Part shown: piece after piece, positions 7,981 to 23,304 of the stretch
How positions within the stretch are numbered: position 1 is the stretch's first letter
Layout: each line of letters starts with the position of its first letter
NCBI GenBank assembly: GCA_016719485.1
Contig: JADJZB010000006.1
Location: forward strand, 27,375-91,374
DNA length: 64,000 bases
Source of the DNA: Holophagales bacterium
GTDB lineage: Bacteria > Acidobacteriota > Thermoanaerobaculia > UBA5066
Reading direction: 5' to 3'
Position numbers and translations under genes: made by a program
Notes under the pieces: generated by a model
Seen by the model: the letters and a program-made list of their open reading frames with translations, nothing else
What the model was told of the DNA's origin: nothing
Database searches by the model: none

Positions 7981-9362
7981 CGTTCCTCTCCTTCGCCTCC
8001 CTCGGCGACCGGGCCTCCCGCGGCCCGCAGCTTCCGGGCGAGCGTCTTCCTCTCGATGCCGAGCAAACGCGCGGCCAGCGTCTGGTTCCCTCCCGCCGAC
8101 GCGAGGACGGAGAGGATGTGGTGCCGCTCGACCTCCTCCAGCGTCGGCGGCGTCGCGGGCAGCGGCTCCCCCCCGATCGGCCTCGACCACGAGGAGGCCG
8201 CCGCGGGGCCGGCGCCCTCCTGGAGCGCGTGCTCGAGGGCTGCGGTGTCGTCGAGCCGCCCGGCGTCGATGAGCGCCCGGCGGACGACGTGGGAGAGCTC
8301 CCGGACGTTTCCCGGCCAGGTATGACCGGCGAGCCTCTCGAGGACGGCGGCCGAGACGGTCGCCACCTCGGGGAGACCGAGCTCTCGCCGCCCGAGGCGC
8401 TCGAAGTGGGTGACGAGCGCCGGCAGGTCGCTCAGCCGCTCTCGGAGCGGCGGGATTCGGATGACGTAGCCGGTAAGCCGGTAGTAGAGGTCCTCCCGGA
8501 AGCGTCCCTCGCCGACCATCCCTTTCACGTCGCGATGCGTCCCCGCCACGACGCGCACGTCGACCGCTTCGCCCGCCTCGGCCCCGACGGGGGTCACGAC
8601 GCGGTCCTCGAGGAACCTCAGGAGCTTGACCTGGAACGCGGCGGACACCTCGCCGATCTCGTCGAGGAAGAGCGTCCCTCCCGCAGCCTGCGACAGCGCG
8701 CCGCGGCGATCCCGCGAGGCGTCGGTGAACGCGCCGCGCCGGTGGCCGAAGAGCTCGCTCTCGAGGAGCGTGTCGGGGATCGCCCCGCAATGGACGGGGA
8801 CGAGGGGGCCGGAGCCGCGGCCGCTGAAGCGGTGGAGAGCGCGGGCGACGAGCTCCTTCCCCGTCCCCGTCTCGCCGAGGACCAGCACGGGCACTCGGAG
8901 GCGCGCGACCCGCGCGACCGCCTTGTAGACCTCGACCACCGCCGGGTGCGACCCGACGATCATGCTCTCCGGGCCGTCCTCGGCGGGCGCGTGACCGGCG
9001 GGCCGCGCGGCGAGGGCGGCCGACACGCGGTCGAGGAGGACCGAGACGTCGAACGGCTTGGCGAGGTAGTCGAAGGCGCCCGTCTCCTCCGCGGCGGCGG
9101 CCGTCTCCACCGAGCCGCGCGCCGTCATCAGGATCACCGGAGGCGGCGCCGGCCGCGCCTGGACCTCGCGAAGCACCGACAGGCCGTCGCCCCCGGGCAT
9201 GTAGATGTCGCAGAGAATCACGTCCGGGCGGGCCGTCTCGAGCTCCCTCCGCGCGTCGCGCGCTCCGCGGGCGCGCGCCACCTCGAACCCGCTCGCCTCG
9301 AGGGTCAGGGCCACCATCTCCCGGATGGCGTCGTCGTCGTCGATGACGAGGGCACGCGGCAT
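7977..9362 (-). CDS. sigma54-dependent response regulator (NtrC family: receiver + AAA+ + HTH)
   Basis: receiver VIDDDDAIREM...ILCDIYMPGGDG; Walker A GETGTGKE, GAFTDA motif, ESELFGH, C-terminal HTH; 461 aa. Confidence 0.85.
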   Translation of the reverse strand: MPRALVIDDDDAIREMVALTLEASGFEVARARGARDARRELETARPDVILCDIYMPGGDGLSVLREVQARPAPPPVILMTARGSVETAAAAEETGAFDYLAKPFDVSVLLDRVSAALAARPAGHAPAEDGPESMIVGSHPAVVEVYKAVARVARLRVPVLVLGETGTGKELVARALHRFSGRGSGPLVPVHCGAIPDTLLESELFGHRRGAFTDASRDRRGALSQAAGGTLFLDEIGEVSAAFQVKLLRFLEDRVVTPVGAEAGEAVDVRVVAGTHRDVKGMVGEGRFREDLYYRLTGYVIRIPPLRERLSDLPALVTHFERLGRRELGLPEVATVSAAVLERLAGHTWPGNVRELSHVVRRALIDAGRLDDTAALEHALQEGAGPAAASSWSRPIGGEPLPATPPTLEEVERHHILSVLASAGGNQTLAARLLGIERKTLARKLRAAGGPVAEGGEGEER

Positions 9363-9382
9363 CTACGTCCTCCTTCGGGGCT

Positions 9383-11196
9383 CTACGCCCCCGCCCGCCG
9401 CGGGAAGCGTGACGCGGAAGAGGCTCCCCCCGAGCCGGGAGCCTCGACGTCGATGCGGCCCCCGTGCCACCTCACGATCTCGGCCACGAGGGCGAGGCCG
9501 AGACCGAGCCCCGGGACGGTCGCCGCGGAGCCCCCGCGGGCGAATCGCCGGAAGATCTCCTCTCGCTCGCCGGGCGGGATTCCCGGCCCCCGGTCGCGGA
9601 CCGTGAGGCAGACCGATTCGCCGCCGGCCGGGCCCACCGCCACGTCGACCGGCTCGCCGGGCGCGAACTTCAGGGCGTTGCCGACGAGGTTGTCGACGAC
9701 GCGGACGAGGAGCGCCGCATCGCCCTGTACGGCGAGCCCGGGCTCGCCCGAGAACCGGATCTCCCGCTCCGCCCCCCGAGGCAAGGAGCGCCGTTCGCTC
9801 CTGGACGAGCTCCGGGAGGTCGACGAGCGAGGAAGACCCTTCGGAAGTCCCTCAGCTTGATCCTCTCGAGGTCCAGGAGCGTCTCCACCATCTCCGCGAG
9901 CCGCGCGCTCTCCCGCGCGACCATCCCGGCGACCGACCGGCGGCGCTCCTCGCTCAGGTCGAACCCGGAGAGGAGCTGCGCGAGCCCCCGCACCGACGTC
10001 AGCGGCGTCTTGAGCTCGTGCGCCAGGACGCGGCGCGCTTCCGCGTCGTCCTTTCGCTCGCTCTCGAGAGTGGCGGCGAGCGCTTCGAGCTCGACGATGC
10101 GCCGGACCGCGACCGCGGCCCGGCGGCGGTCCGCGAGGAGGCGCCACAGCTCGGGGCCCGCCGTCGCGGCGAGGCCGCCGAACGCCGTCGCGAGGAGCGG
10201 CAGCTCCCGCCCGGCCCAGAGGAGCAACACCATCCCGGCCGGAACCGCGAGCAGGGGGACGGCGGCCGCCGCGGGAGCCAGACGAGGCGCGACCCGCCGT
10301 CGCAGAGCCGTCGCACCACCCGTCAGGAGACCGGCGAGTCCCCCGGCAACGAACGGAGGGAGCCGTTCGTACAGGTCTCCCGTCAGGAGCGACTCGGTCG
10401 CCGCCGCCTGCACGAGGACGCCCGGATCGGGCGTTCCGCGCTCCGATAGAGGCGACACGACGCGGTCTCCGACCCCTGCCGCGACCGAGCCGACGAAGCA
10501 GACCCGGCCCCGGAGCGCGCCCTCCGGCAGGCTCCCGCTCAGGACGTCCGCGGCGCTCCAGGTCGGCACCTCGTCCGCGGAACGGAAGCCGGGCCGGATC
10601 GGTGCCCCGACCGGCAAGGGGATCTCCGGCCGCAGGAGCCGGGCCGCCGCGAAAGGCATCGCGCCGAGGGAGAGCCCGTCGAGCTGCCGGGTCGCGAGGA
10701 AGCCGCGAACGACGCCGTCGCGATCGACGGCGAAGCTGACGTGCGCCACCTCTGAGGCCGCGCGCAGGCCGGAAGCGGGGAGAATCCATCGCTTTGTCCC
10801 GTCCGGCGCGGCGGCGAGGACCGACGGTCTCGCCGCGAGCGCGGTAGCGAGGGCCTCGTCGCCCGGGCGTGTCTCCGCGAGGAGGAGGTCGATCGCCACG
10901 GCGGCGGCCCCTGCCGCCCCGATCCGGTCCACGAGGGCGGCCAGGCGCTCCCGCTCCCAAGGCCACGGCCCGACAGCGCCGATCGCCTCCTCGTCGACGA
11001 CGACCGCCGCGACGGATATCGCGGCCGCCCTCGGCCGGGTCCGCAGGAGCGCGTCCCGAACCAGCAGCTCGGCGGAATCGACCCAGCCCGCAGCGGCAAC
11101 GAGCGTCACGAGGAACGCAGCCGCCAGCGGCGGGCCGAGACCTTCAGCCGCCCGAATCCGGGTCGCCTTCACCTCGGGGAGAGTACGTCTGCGCAC
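9383..11196 (-). pseudogene. CHASE2-domain sensor histidine kinase, frame disrupted between HisKA and HATPase regions (~9760-9850)
   Basis: ORF 9670..11196 has TM + CHASE2-like region and H-box VLAHELKTPLTSVRGLAQLL; the HATPase region (VVDNLVGNALKFAPGEP...GLGLGLALV) lies in a different frame (ORF 9383..10966); a third frame gives HK-like LVDLPELVQERTALL between them, implying two indels near homopolymers. Confidence 0.65.
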
Positions 11197-11324
11197 ATTA
11201 GAACCGCCTTAGAGGTACGGGCTCCTCGCGCGGTTCGTGCAGGCGACTGAGCACCTCCGGCGAGGCGCGGTCGAGGCCCGATCCCCCCGCTCGGGTTCGT
11301 CCCTCCCTGCTTCTCCCATCGATC

Positions 11325-13628
11325 TCACGCCTCCACCATCCTCTTCCGGTCGCGGAAGGCGACCCCGCAGACGACGAGGAAGACGACCTCGACGAGGGCG
11401 ACGACGATCATCCACTTCACGATGGGCGAGTCGCCCATGCCGTAGGAATGCATACCCGCGTTCAGGACGTAGTTCACGCCGAGGTACGTCATCAGAATCG
11501 TCTGGAAGGCGAGGATGCTGATTGCCGCCGCGCCGAACGTCCCGATCACCTTGTCGACCTTCAGGTGGAGGATCGCCATGTAGGCGAGGAAGGCGACGAG
11601 CGACCAGACCTCCTTCGGGTCCCAGCCCCAGTAGCGGCCCCACGACGAGGCGGCCCAGACGGAGCCGGTCAGGATCCCCGCGAGGAGAAAGATCGACCCG
11701 ACGTGCATGTACCAGTAGAGGAGCTCGTAGAGCTTCTCGACGAGCGCGCCGCGCCCCCTGCCGAACGCGGCGAAGCCGATCTGCATGTGTGCGACGACGA
11801 CGCCGAGGGCGAGGACGGCGTAGCCGACCATGATGATTGGGACGTGGATCGCGAGCCACGGCGTCCCCGCGAGAACCGGAGCGATCGGATGGATGAAGCG
11901 GTCCATCGGGAGGAGGTCGGTGAGCGCCATCGTGAGCGCGGACATCGCGGCGGCGTTCAGGACCACGGTCCGGTTCCGCATCAGGAGGTAGGCGATCACG
12001 GCGAAGAGGCCGACGCCCCAGCCGAGGAAGAGGAGCGATTCGTACATGTTCGCCGCGGGGATCCGCTCTCCCGCGGCCCAGCGCATCCCGATCCCCCACG
12101 TCATCGCGCCGAAGCCGAGGACGAGGAGGCCGAACGAGGCCCAGTCGAGGGCCTTGCTCGCCTTCCCCGACGCCGCGATCGAGACGACGAGCGAGGCGAG
12201 GAGGACGAGCCAGGCGAGGCGCGAGGGGTTGACCCGGTTGTAGAGGATCTCCCCCTCCACCTTTTCCTTCGTCGGCCAGCCCGGAAGGCGCGGCCCGTTC
12301 GCGAGGGCAAGGAGCGCCGGCGTCGAGACCTCGAGCGGGACGTTCCAGCGGGCCTTCGGGTCGCCCGGGGAAGGGATCGGCCGGACGACGTCCCGCTGGA
12401 GGACGGCATAGAGAGCGTTGAGGCGTTCCTCGAGCTTCTCGGCGTCCTTGAGGACACCGAGACGCGGCTGGTCGTGCTGCGCGGCTTCACCGGCCGACTC
12501 GATGAGCCGCATCACCGTCGGGTTCGAGACGAGCTGGTGGAAGGATGCCTGCCTCGCCGCCGGGTCGAGGCCCGCCGCGGCGGCGAGTTCCTTGCTGACC
12601 TTCACGGCCGGTGCCGCTGACGCGCTTTTCGGGTCGAGGAGCCACCCGATGAACGTCGCCGCCGGGTCCTGGCCGTTCCAGGAGCGGGAGCCCGTCACGT
12701 TCCAGACCGTCTCTCGCGCGAGCGTGTCGAGCGGCATCACGCGTCCGTCGTGCTGCACCGGCAAGCGCTTCAGCGCCTCGACCTCTGCCGGCGTCTGCGC
12801 GCTCGCCGTGCCGGCCAGCCCCGCGAGGGCGAGGACGGCGCCGAGCGCCTTCCCCATCGTCGGAAGGGACATCCCGGCCTGCGCGACCTTCGCCTCGAGC
12901 TCGCTCCGGCTCTTCTCGCGCTCGCGAGCCTGCGAGACGCGCGTCAGGAGGACGAGGATCATCCCGAGGACCAGCGTCGCGTAGCCGGCGAAGACGACGA
13001 GCTGGCCCGGGTCCTTCGAGACTGAGAGCACAGTCGCCTCGCGCCCGCCCTGTTGCTGGTAGCTCGACTGGAAGAGTGACCAGCCGCGGTGATGGAGCGG
13101 GGTGTTCATGAAGATCCGCGTCGGAAAGCTCTTTCCAGTGTCGAGGTCGGTGACGACGACCTGGCTCGCGAAGCCCGAGGGACGCTTGGTGCCCTGGTAG
13201 GTCTCGAGGACGAAGTCGTCGAGCTTCACCGAAAAGGGGAGGTCGTGCTTCGCGAGGACCGTCCCCTTCTCGTCGACGTGCTCGACCGTCGAAGACGCCT
13301 GCCCTTCCCAGAGCCCGAGCTGCCCCTCCGTCTTCCCGAAGTAGGTCAGCGCCGCGCCGACGAAGATGAGGAGAAGAGAAGCGTGCGTCGTGACGAAGCC
13401 GATCCGCTGCTTCCCCCACGGGAAGTGGGTCGCGATCGAGCAGGCGACGTTGACCGCGAAGAGCCCCTGGAGCCCCAGGAACCACCACGAGTAGTAGACG
13501 AGCCGTCCCGCGGTCGCCGCATCCGTGCGGGACTCGAGGATCGTCCCGGCCGAGAGGCCGAGGAGGAGTACCACGAGGAGGACGACGGCGAGCTTGAGGG
13601 ATGCAAGGGTGCCGACGAGCTTGTTCAA
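11325..13628 (-). CDS. cytochrome c biogenesis system II fusion protein CcsBA (ResB-like + CcsA/ResC-like)
   Basis: N-terminal ResB-like membrane/periplasmic region; C-terminal CcsA WWD motif WGRYWGWDPKEVWSLVAFLAYMAILH; 767 aa. Confidence 0.8.
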   Translation of the reverse strand: MNKLVGTLASLKLAVVLLVVLLLGLSAGTILESRTDAATAGRLVYYSWWFLGLQGLFAVNVACSIATHFPWGKQRIGFVTTHASLLLIFVGAALTYFGKTEGQLGLWEGQASSTVEHVDEKGTVLAKHDLPFSVKLDDFVLETYQGTKRPSGFASQVVVTDLDTGKSFPTRIFMNTPLHHRGWSLFQSSYQQQGGREATVLSVSKDPGQLVVFAGYATLVLGMILVLLTRVSQAREREKSRSELEAKVAQAGMSLPTMGKALGAVLALAGLAGTASAQTPAEVEALKRLPVQHDGRVMPLDTLARETVWNVTGSRSWNGQDPAATFIGWLLDPKSASAAPAVKVSKELAAAAGLDPAARQASFHQLVSNPTVMRLIESAGEAAQHDQPRLGVLKDAEKLEERLNALYAVLQRDVVRPIPSPGDPKARWNVPLEVSTPALLALANGPRLPGWPTKEKVEGEILYNRVNPSRLAWLVLLASLVVSIAASGKASKALDWASFGLLVLGFGAMTWGIGMRWAAGERIPAANMYESLLFLGWGVGLFAVIAYLLMRNRTVVLNAAAMSALTMALTDLLPMDRFIHPIAPVLAGTPWLAIHVPIIMVGYAVLALGVVVAHMQIGFAAFGRGRGALVEKLYELLYWYMHVGSIFLLAGILTGSVWAASSWGRYWGWDPKEVWSLVAFLAYMAILHLKVDKVIGTFGAAAISILAFQTILMTYLGVNYVLNAGMHSYGMGDSPIVKWMIVVALVEVVFLVVCGVAFRDRKRMVEA

Positions 13629-13836
13629 GGGTTCAGTCCATTTCTGCGCCGATCGGGCGGCAGAGCCGAAAGGCAGCTGTCGTTCACTTCAGAGGTGGAG
13701 GTGTCGAGGAGGCAGGTGCCGGCGGTGCCCCGGAGCGATCGTTTCAACTTGGCAGACCCGCGCCCTGGCCTCGGAAAACAGGGCCGTGAGCAGACCTGAG
13801 CGCTCGCGGCGCCCGGACTCCCTCCTGTCGCGTCAT

Positions 13837-19234
<5,398 letters not shown>

Positions 19235-19235
19235 C

Positions 19236-20471
19236 TCAGTCCTCCTCCACGAGCGAGGCCTTGGCGAACTCCGACTTCAGGACGAAGCTCCCTTCGGTGG
19301 CGACGACGTCGCCAGCCTTGATGCCGGCGAGAATCTCGGTGAAGCCCTCGAAGCTGTGTCCGACCTCGACGTAGTGCCGTTGGAAGACGCCGGGCTCGAC
19401 CTGAACGAAGACAGTCGAGCGACCCTCCAGCCTCTGGATGGCCGACTGGGGAACGGCCACGATCGGGTGCGCCTCGCTCTGCGGCTTCGGGACATCGACC
19501 TGGGCAGTGACGAAGAGACCCGGGCGGAGCTTCTCCGAACGGTTCTCCACCGTCGCGCGGACCCGGACGCTCCTCGTCTGCGGATCGACGACGCTGCCGA
19601 GGAAATCCACGCGGCCACGGAAGGTCTCCTGGGGATACGCGTCGGTTCTCAGCGTTACAGACAGCCCTTCGTGAAGGAGGGCGAGGTCTTTCTCGTAGGC
19701 ATTGAGGAACACCCAGACGGACCCCAGGTCGGCAATCGTCATGAGCGGCTGCAGCGCCTCGAAGAGGGCGCCGGAGGTCACCTTTCGGTCGATGACGCGG
19801 CCGGCGAAGGGAGCCCGGAGCGTGAGCGTGGCGCCGTCAGCCGCGGAGAGCCTGTGGTCGACAGCGTTGGCTCGCAAACGCGCGATCGTCTCTTCGCTGT
19901 CACCGTAGAGGTGGAGCGTCCTCTCGGCGGAGGCGACGGCGGTCTTCTTCGCCAGGTAGTCGCCTTCCCGAGCCTGGAACTCCCCGGCGCTGATGGCATT
20001 CGCCTCAACGAGCTTCCTGGCTCTCTCGTAGGCGCTGGCCGATACGTTGAAGCTCGACAGCTCCGTCACGAACTCCTCGCGCGTCCGACCGAGGTCGACG
20101 CTCTCGATCACGAGGAGCGGATCGCCGGGCTTTACGCGAGCGCCCAGGTCGACCGGAATCGACGTCACCCGGCCCTTGACGTTCGCGGCGACCAGGAGGA
20201 GGCGGTTCTCGTCGAATCCCACGCTGCCGGTGAGAGAGAGAATGTGTGAGAGGTCGACGATCTGGACCTTCCACGTCGTGATGCCGGCCTCGGCGATCGC
20301 GGCGGCGGTGAGATGGACGCGCTGCGGGGTCGCAGGCTCTTCGACCTTCTCGGCGGTTTTCGCGGGGGCTTCAGGCGCGGGAGCGGCACCGCGGCCCTTG
20401 CCGCAGCCGGCGAGAGCGACGGCGGCGGAAAGGGCGAGGCCGGAAAGGAGGATGGTGGGCTTCCTGTTCAC
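19236..20471 (-). CDS. efflux RND periplasmic adaptor (membrane-fusion) subunit
   Basis: lipoprotein-like signal LALSAAVALAGC; barrel-sandwich/beta-barrel hybrid pattern; stop abuts RND start. Confidence 0.85.
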   Translation of the reverse strand: MNRKPTILLSGLALSAAVALAGCGKGRGAAPAPEAPAKTAEKVEEPATPQRVHLTAAAIAEAGITTWKVQIVDLSHILSLTGSVGFDENRLLLVAANVKGRVTSIPVDLGARVKPGDPLLVIESVDLGRTREEFVTELSSFNVSASAYERARKLVEANAISAGEFQAREGDYLAKKTAVASAERTLHLYGDSEETIARLRANAVDHRLSAADGATLTLRAPFAGRVIDRKVTSGALFEALQPLMTIADLGSVWVFLNAYEKDLALLHEGLSVTLRTDAYPQETFRGRVDFLGSVVDPQTRSVRVRATVENRSEKLRPGLFVTAQVDVPKPQSEAHPIVAVPQSAIQRLEGRSTVFVQVEPGVFQRHYVEVGHSFEGFTEILAGIKAGDVVATEGSFVLKSEFAKASLVEED

Positions 20472-21727
20472 TTGCTATCTCCCGTGGTGTCGTCGTTCGG
20501 GCCGAGGAGCCGCCGAAGCTCCGCGATCGCGGTCGCGAGCTCGAAGCGGGCGCGGATCTCCTCGCGGCGGGCCTCGCGGGCCGTGCGCTGGGCGTCGAGG
20601 AGGTCGAGGAGGGACGTCTCGCCCTCTTCGAAGAGGAGGCGGGCGAGGCGGACGCTCTCGGCGGCGGATGGGAGGAAGTCTCCCTCGAGGGAGGCGACCT
20701 GGACGGCGAGCGTCTCGACGTCCCGGCGGCGTGTCGCGAGGTCGGAGAGGAGCGCGAGCCGCACGCGCTCGGCGTCCGCGGCCCGGAGGCGACTCTCGGC
20801 CTCGGCCCGCGCGACGTCTCCTCGTCGGGCGTTCCAGAGGGGCAGGGTGAGGCCGAGGGCGCCGCCCCATGCCTCGCGATCGAGCTCGTTCTGCCGGAAG
20901 AAGGAGAAGCCGAGGTCCGGGACGCGTCCTCTGCGGGCGCTCGAGAGGAGCGACGAGGCGCGGGCGGCCTCGGCGCGGGCGCGGATCAGCGCCGGGCTTC
21001 GCTCGAGGGCGTCGGGGTGCGCGTCGAGGAGGGCGCGCATGCCGTCGGGGTGCCGTGGAAGCTCGCCCGCGAGGCGAAGCGGGGTGGGGAGAGGCTCTCC
21101 CGCGAGTGTCCTCAGGATGCCCTCCGCGGCGAGCTCCTCCCTGTAGGCGGCGCTCAGCTGACGATCCTGCCGGAGCCACTCGACGCGCGCCTTGATCCGA
21201 TCAACCTCACGCGCCTCGCCGAGCGAGGCACGGCGGGTCATCAGGTCGAGGAGGGAGCGGGCGTCCTCCGCGGAGGCCCGGCCCACCTCGACCTGCGCCC
21301 GCGCGAACAGGAGACGCTCGTACGTGACCTGCGCGTCGAGCTCGAGGCCCCAACGCGTCGCGAGGCCCTCGGCCCGCAGCGCGCGGGCCTCGTGGTCGGC
21401 GGCCTCGATCGACGCCGATCGGGCCGGAAGCCAGGGGATCGACTGCGAGACGGAGAAGCCCTTCTCGGTCTTCGGCGACCCCGAGCCGTCCGCCGCCCGA
21501 CCCTCTCCGAGGCTCAGCTCGAGCGTCGGGTCGGGGAGAAGGCGTGCCGCCTTCGACGCCGCCGCGGCGCTTGCGTCGAGCGCCTGCGCCGACCGCGCGG
21601 ACGGGTGCGACTCCAGGACGAGCCGGACGTAGTCGTCCATCCGGAGCGCGTCCTGCGCGTGTGTTTCGAGGGTGCCGGCCATGGCTGCAAGCGCGAGCAC
21701 CCGGCCGCAATACGATCGAATTCCCAT
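20468..21727 (-). CDS. TolC-family outer-membrane efflux protein (CzcC/CusC-like)
   Basis: signal peptide, two repeated coiled-coil/beta halves typical of OEP family; start overlaps adaptor gene (4 nt). Confidence 0.8.
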   Translation of the reverse strand: MGIRSYCGRVLALAAMAGTLETHAQDALRMDDYVRLVLESHPSARSAQALDASAAAASKAARLLPDPTLELSLGEGRAADGSGSPKTEKGFSVSQSIPWLPARSASIEAADHEARALRAEGLATRWGLELDAQVTYERLLFARAQVEVGRASAEDARSLLDLMTRRASLGEAREVDRIKARVEWLRQDRQLSAAYREELAAEGILRTLAGEPLPTPLRLAGELPRHPDGMRALLDAHPDALERSPALIRARAEAARASSLLSSARRGRVPDLGFSFFRQNELDREAWGGALGLTLPLWNARRGDVARAEAESRLRAADAERVRLALLSDLATRRRDVETLAVQVASLEGDFLPSAAESVRLARLLFEEGETSLLDLLDAQRTAREARREEIRARFELATAIAELRRLLGPNDDTTGDSK

Positions 21728-21955
21728 TCCGTCCTCCTGGAGGCGGCGGGAGAGAGGCGCGCTCCCTGGTCGTGACCGAGGGCCTGGTCCGGAACCGACT
21801 GAATCAGATCCAGACCGCGTGCGTCGTCCCGTCGCGGTGGCGGCGTGCCGGCCGGTATGGCCGACCCGTCAGCGAAGAGGTCCGAGGGGAGTGCCGTCTC
21901 CGGGGCGCGTCGCTTTCTGCGCGACGCTTCCGGAAGGAGCCTCTCTCAGCCGCTG

Positions 21956-22276
21956 CTACGCGAGGGCCGGTTTCGGGACGTGCAGGATATCGCCGACGTG
22001 CCGGGAGGCCGAAGGAACGGACGCCTCGAACGAGGAGCGGCACGGGCGCGAGGCGGGGCTAGCGAGGGCGGGAATCCCCGGCGAGACAGGGTTGACGTGG
22101 GTGCCGCAGGCGCACGTGGCGCACGTCGGCGGGCAGTGGCCGGGACTGGTGTCGTCGGGGCAGGTCTCCACACACTCGGCCCCGAGGAAGAGGGAGCCGA
22201 GGTTCGTCTCCTGGATCAGGAAGACGGCGAAAACCAGAAAGAGGAGTCTTCTCAACACCGGCGCGGAAGATAGCAC
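21956..22276 (-). CDS. small Cys-rich secreted protein (speculative)
   Basis: signal-like VLRRLLFLVFAVFLIQE followed by CVETCPDDTSPGHCPPTCATCACGTH; no RBS verified; lies between czc operon and tRNA-like repeats. Confidence 0.25.
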   Translation of the reverse strand: MLSSAPVLRRLLFLVFAVFLIQETNLGSLFLGAECVETCPDDTSPGHCPPTCATCACGTHVNPVSPGIPALASPASRPCRSSFEASVPSASRHVGDILHVPKPALA

Positions 22277-22347
22277 ACGGTCCGCTCAGTCTTCGAAAGC
22301 GGGAGCCGACGGATCCCGCAGAGCCCTGTTCCGGGCACGCGAGGAAG

Positions 22348-22505
22348 GGTATCTATTTTCGTTGTCCCATGCTATCCGTAGATACCCGCGGAAGTGAAGT
22401 GTGCCAGCGTAAATCTATGGTATATGGCTAGTTGCGGCTGTCCGCAGACGGAGGTGCCGAATGGGGTTCAAGGGGTCGCGAGTTCGAATCTCGCCGTCCC
22501 GACCA
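22348..22505 (+). repeat. tRNA-3'-end-like element, copy a (~158 nt; homologous to 26649..26805)
   Basis: ends with atggggttcaaggggtcgcgagttcgaatctcgccgtcccgacca = T-arm (gcgag/ttcgaat/ctcgc) + 7-nt acceptor 3' strand + ACCA; ~70% identical to copy b over ~110 nt upstream of the core. Confidence 0.6.
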
Positions 22506-22589
22506 TCTTTAAATCACTCACAGGAAATGGTTTACAGGTGTCCACCGATGCTCCGTTCGGTGCTGCTGGTATCCGGTGGCCGGATCAGG

Positions 22590-22680
22590 ATGTCCGTAGC
22601 TGTCTGCGGTTTCGCCGTTTAGATACCCATCTCGGGTGAGGCGATTCAAGGAGTCGCGGGTTCACCTGGTCCGACCGGGT
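22590..22680 (+). repeat. degenerate additional copy of the tRNA-like element
   Basis: gatacccatctcggg...gcgattcaaggagtcgcgggttcacctggtccgaccgggtc resembles the core of copies a/b/c with many substitutions. Confidence 0.35.
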
Positions 22681-22893
22681 CGCACTCCGGGTATATCCAG
22701 GACGTAGAAGCGATCAGCCAGAGTCGCTTTCGACATCGGAGCTGTTCTGCCTGGCTGCCGCTGGCTCCGCGTCCTACGCCCAAGCGCAGGTACGCTGTTG
22801 TCAGAGCCAAGGCGTCTGATCCAACAGCTTCAAGAGGTTCCTGTTGGCCTCGTGAGTCGTCCGGAGGAAGAACAGGTGGCGAGCGAATTCGGC

Positions 22894-23304
22894 CTACCTC
22901 CAGTTGCGGTCCATGAGCCCGTGGTCCTCTACGTCGTCACGCGCGCCCTCGACGCCAGTACCGATAGGCTTCGATCCACTCGGTGCCGCTGGGCGGGCGG
23001 GCAGGCAGGGGCAGGTCGAGGATGGGGATTCTCTGCCGGGGGGGCCCGCGACACAGAGGGCAACGATGCCGTCGTCCGTCAACTCCACTCGCTTGACCGA
23101 AACCGCCACGCCAAGAATTTCCGTCGAGAAGGGGAGGGCGAGGTGATCCTCTATCAGCGTGTAGAGCCCCGACTGCTGCTCGTCGTCGTTGTACGTATCG
23201 ACGGTCGCCTCGGCGACCAGCGCATCGAGCTGTGGGCCTGAGAGACGCACCCGTCGCCCGGCGGGGCGAGCGGGGGCCGGCCGGACCGTCTGGCGACTCT
23301 TCAT
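22894..23304 (-). CDS. hypothetical small protein translationally coupled to the primase-helicase gene
   Basis: ATG 23304 overlaps the upstream stop (ATGA); LSGPQLDALVAEATVDTYNDDEQQSGLYTLIEDHLALPFSTEILGVAVSVKRVELTDDGIVALCV reads as genuine protein; C-terminus crosses a C7 homopolymer so the end is uncertain; antisense ORF 22798..23241 rejected. Confidence 0.4.
   Translation of the reverse strand: MKSRQTVRPAPARPAGRRVRLSGPQLDALVAEATVDTYNDDEQQSGLYTLIEDHLALPFSTEILGVAVSVKRVELTDDGIVALCVAGPPGRESPSSTCPCLPARPAAPSGSKPIGTGVEGARDDVEDHGLMDRNWR

Noticed and set aside
22394-22639. ORFs translating the tRNA-like repeats (22394..22639, 26724..27758 N-terminus, 28272..28604, 28279..28503; shared peptide GVQGVASSNLAVPT)
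   Set aside because: The shared peptide is just the translation of the conserved RNA-like element; no RBS, and the region is non-coding in character
22798-23241. 147-aa plus-strand ORF antisense to the small coupled ORF
   Set aside because: No coupling or RBS, whereas the minus-strand ORF starts with an ATGA overlap to the helicase gene and has better coding character
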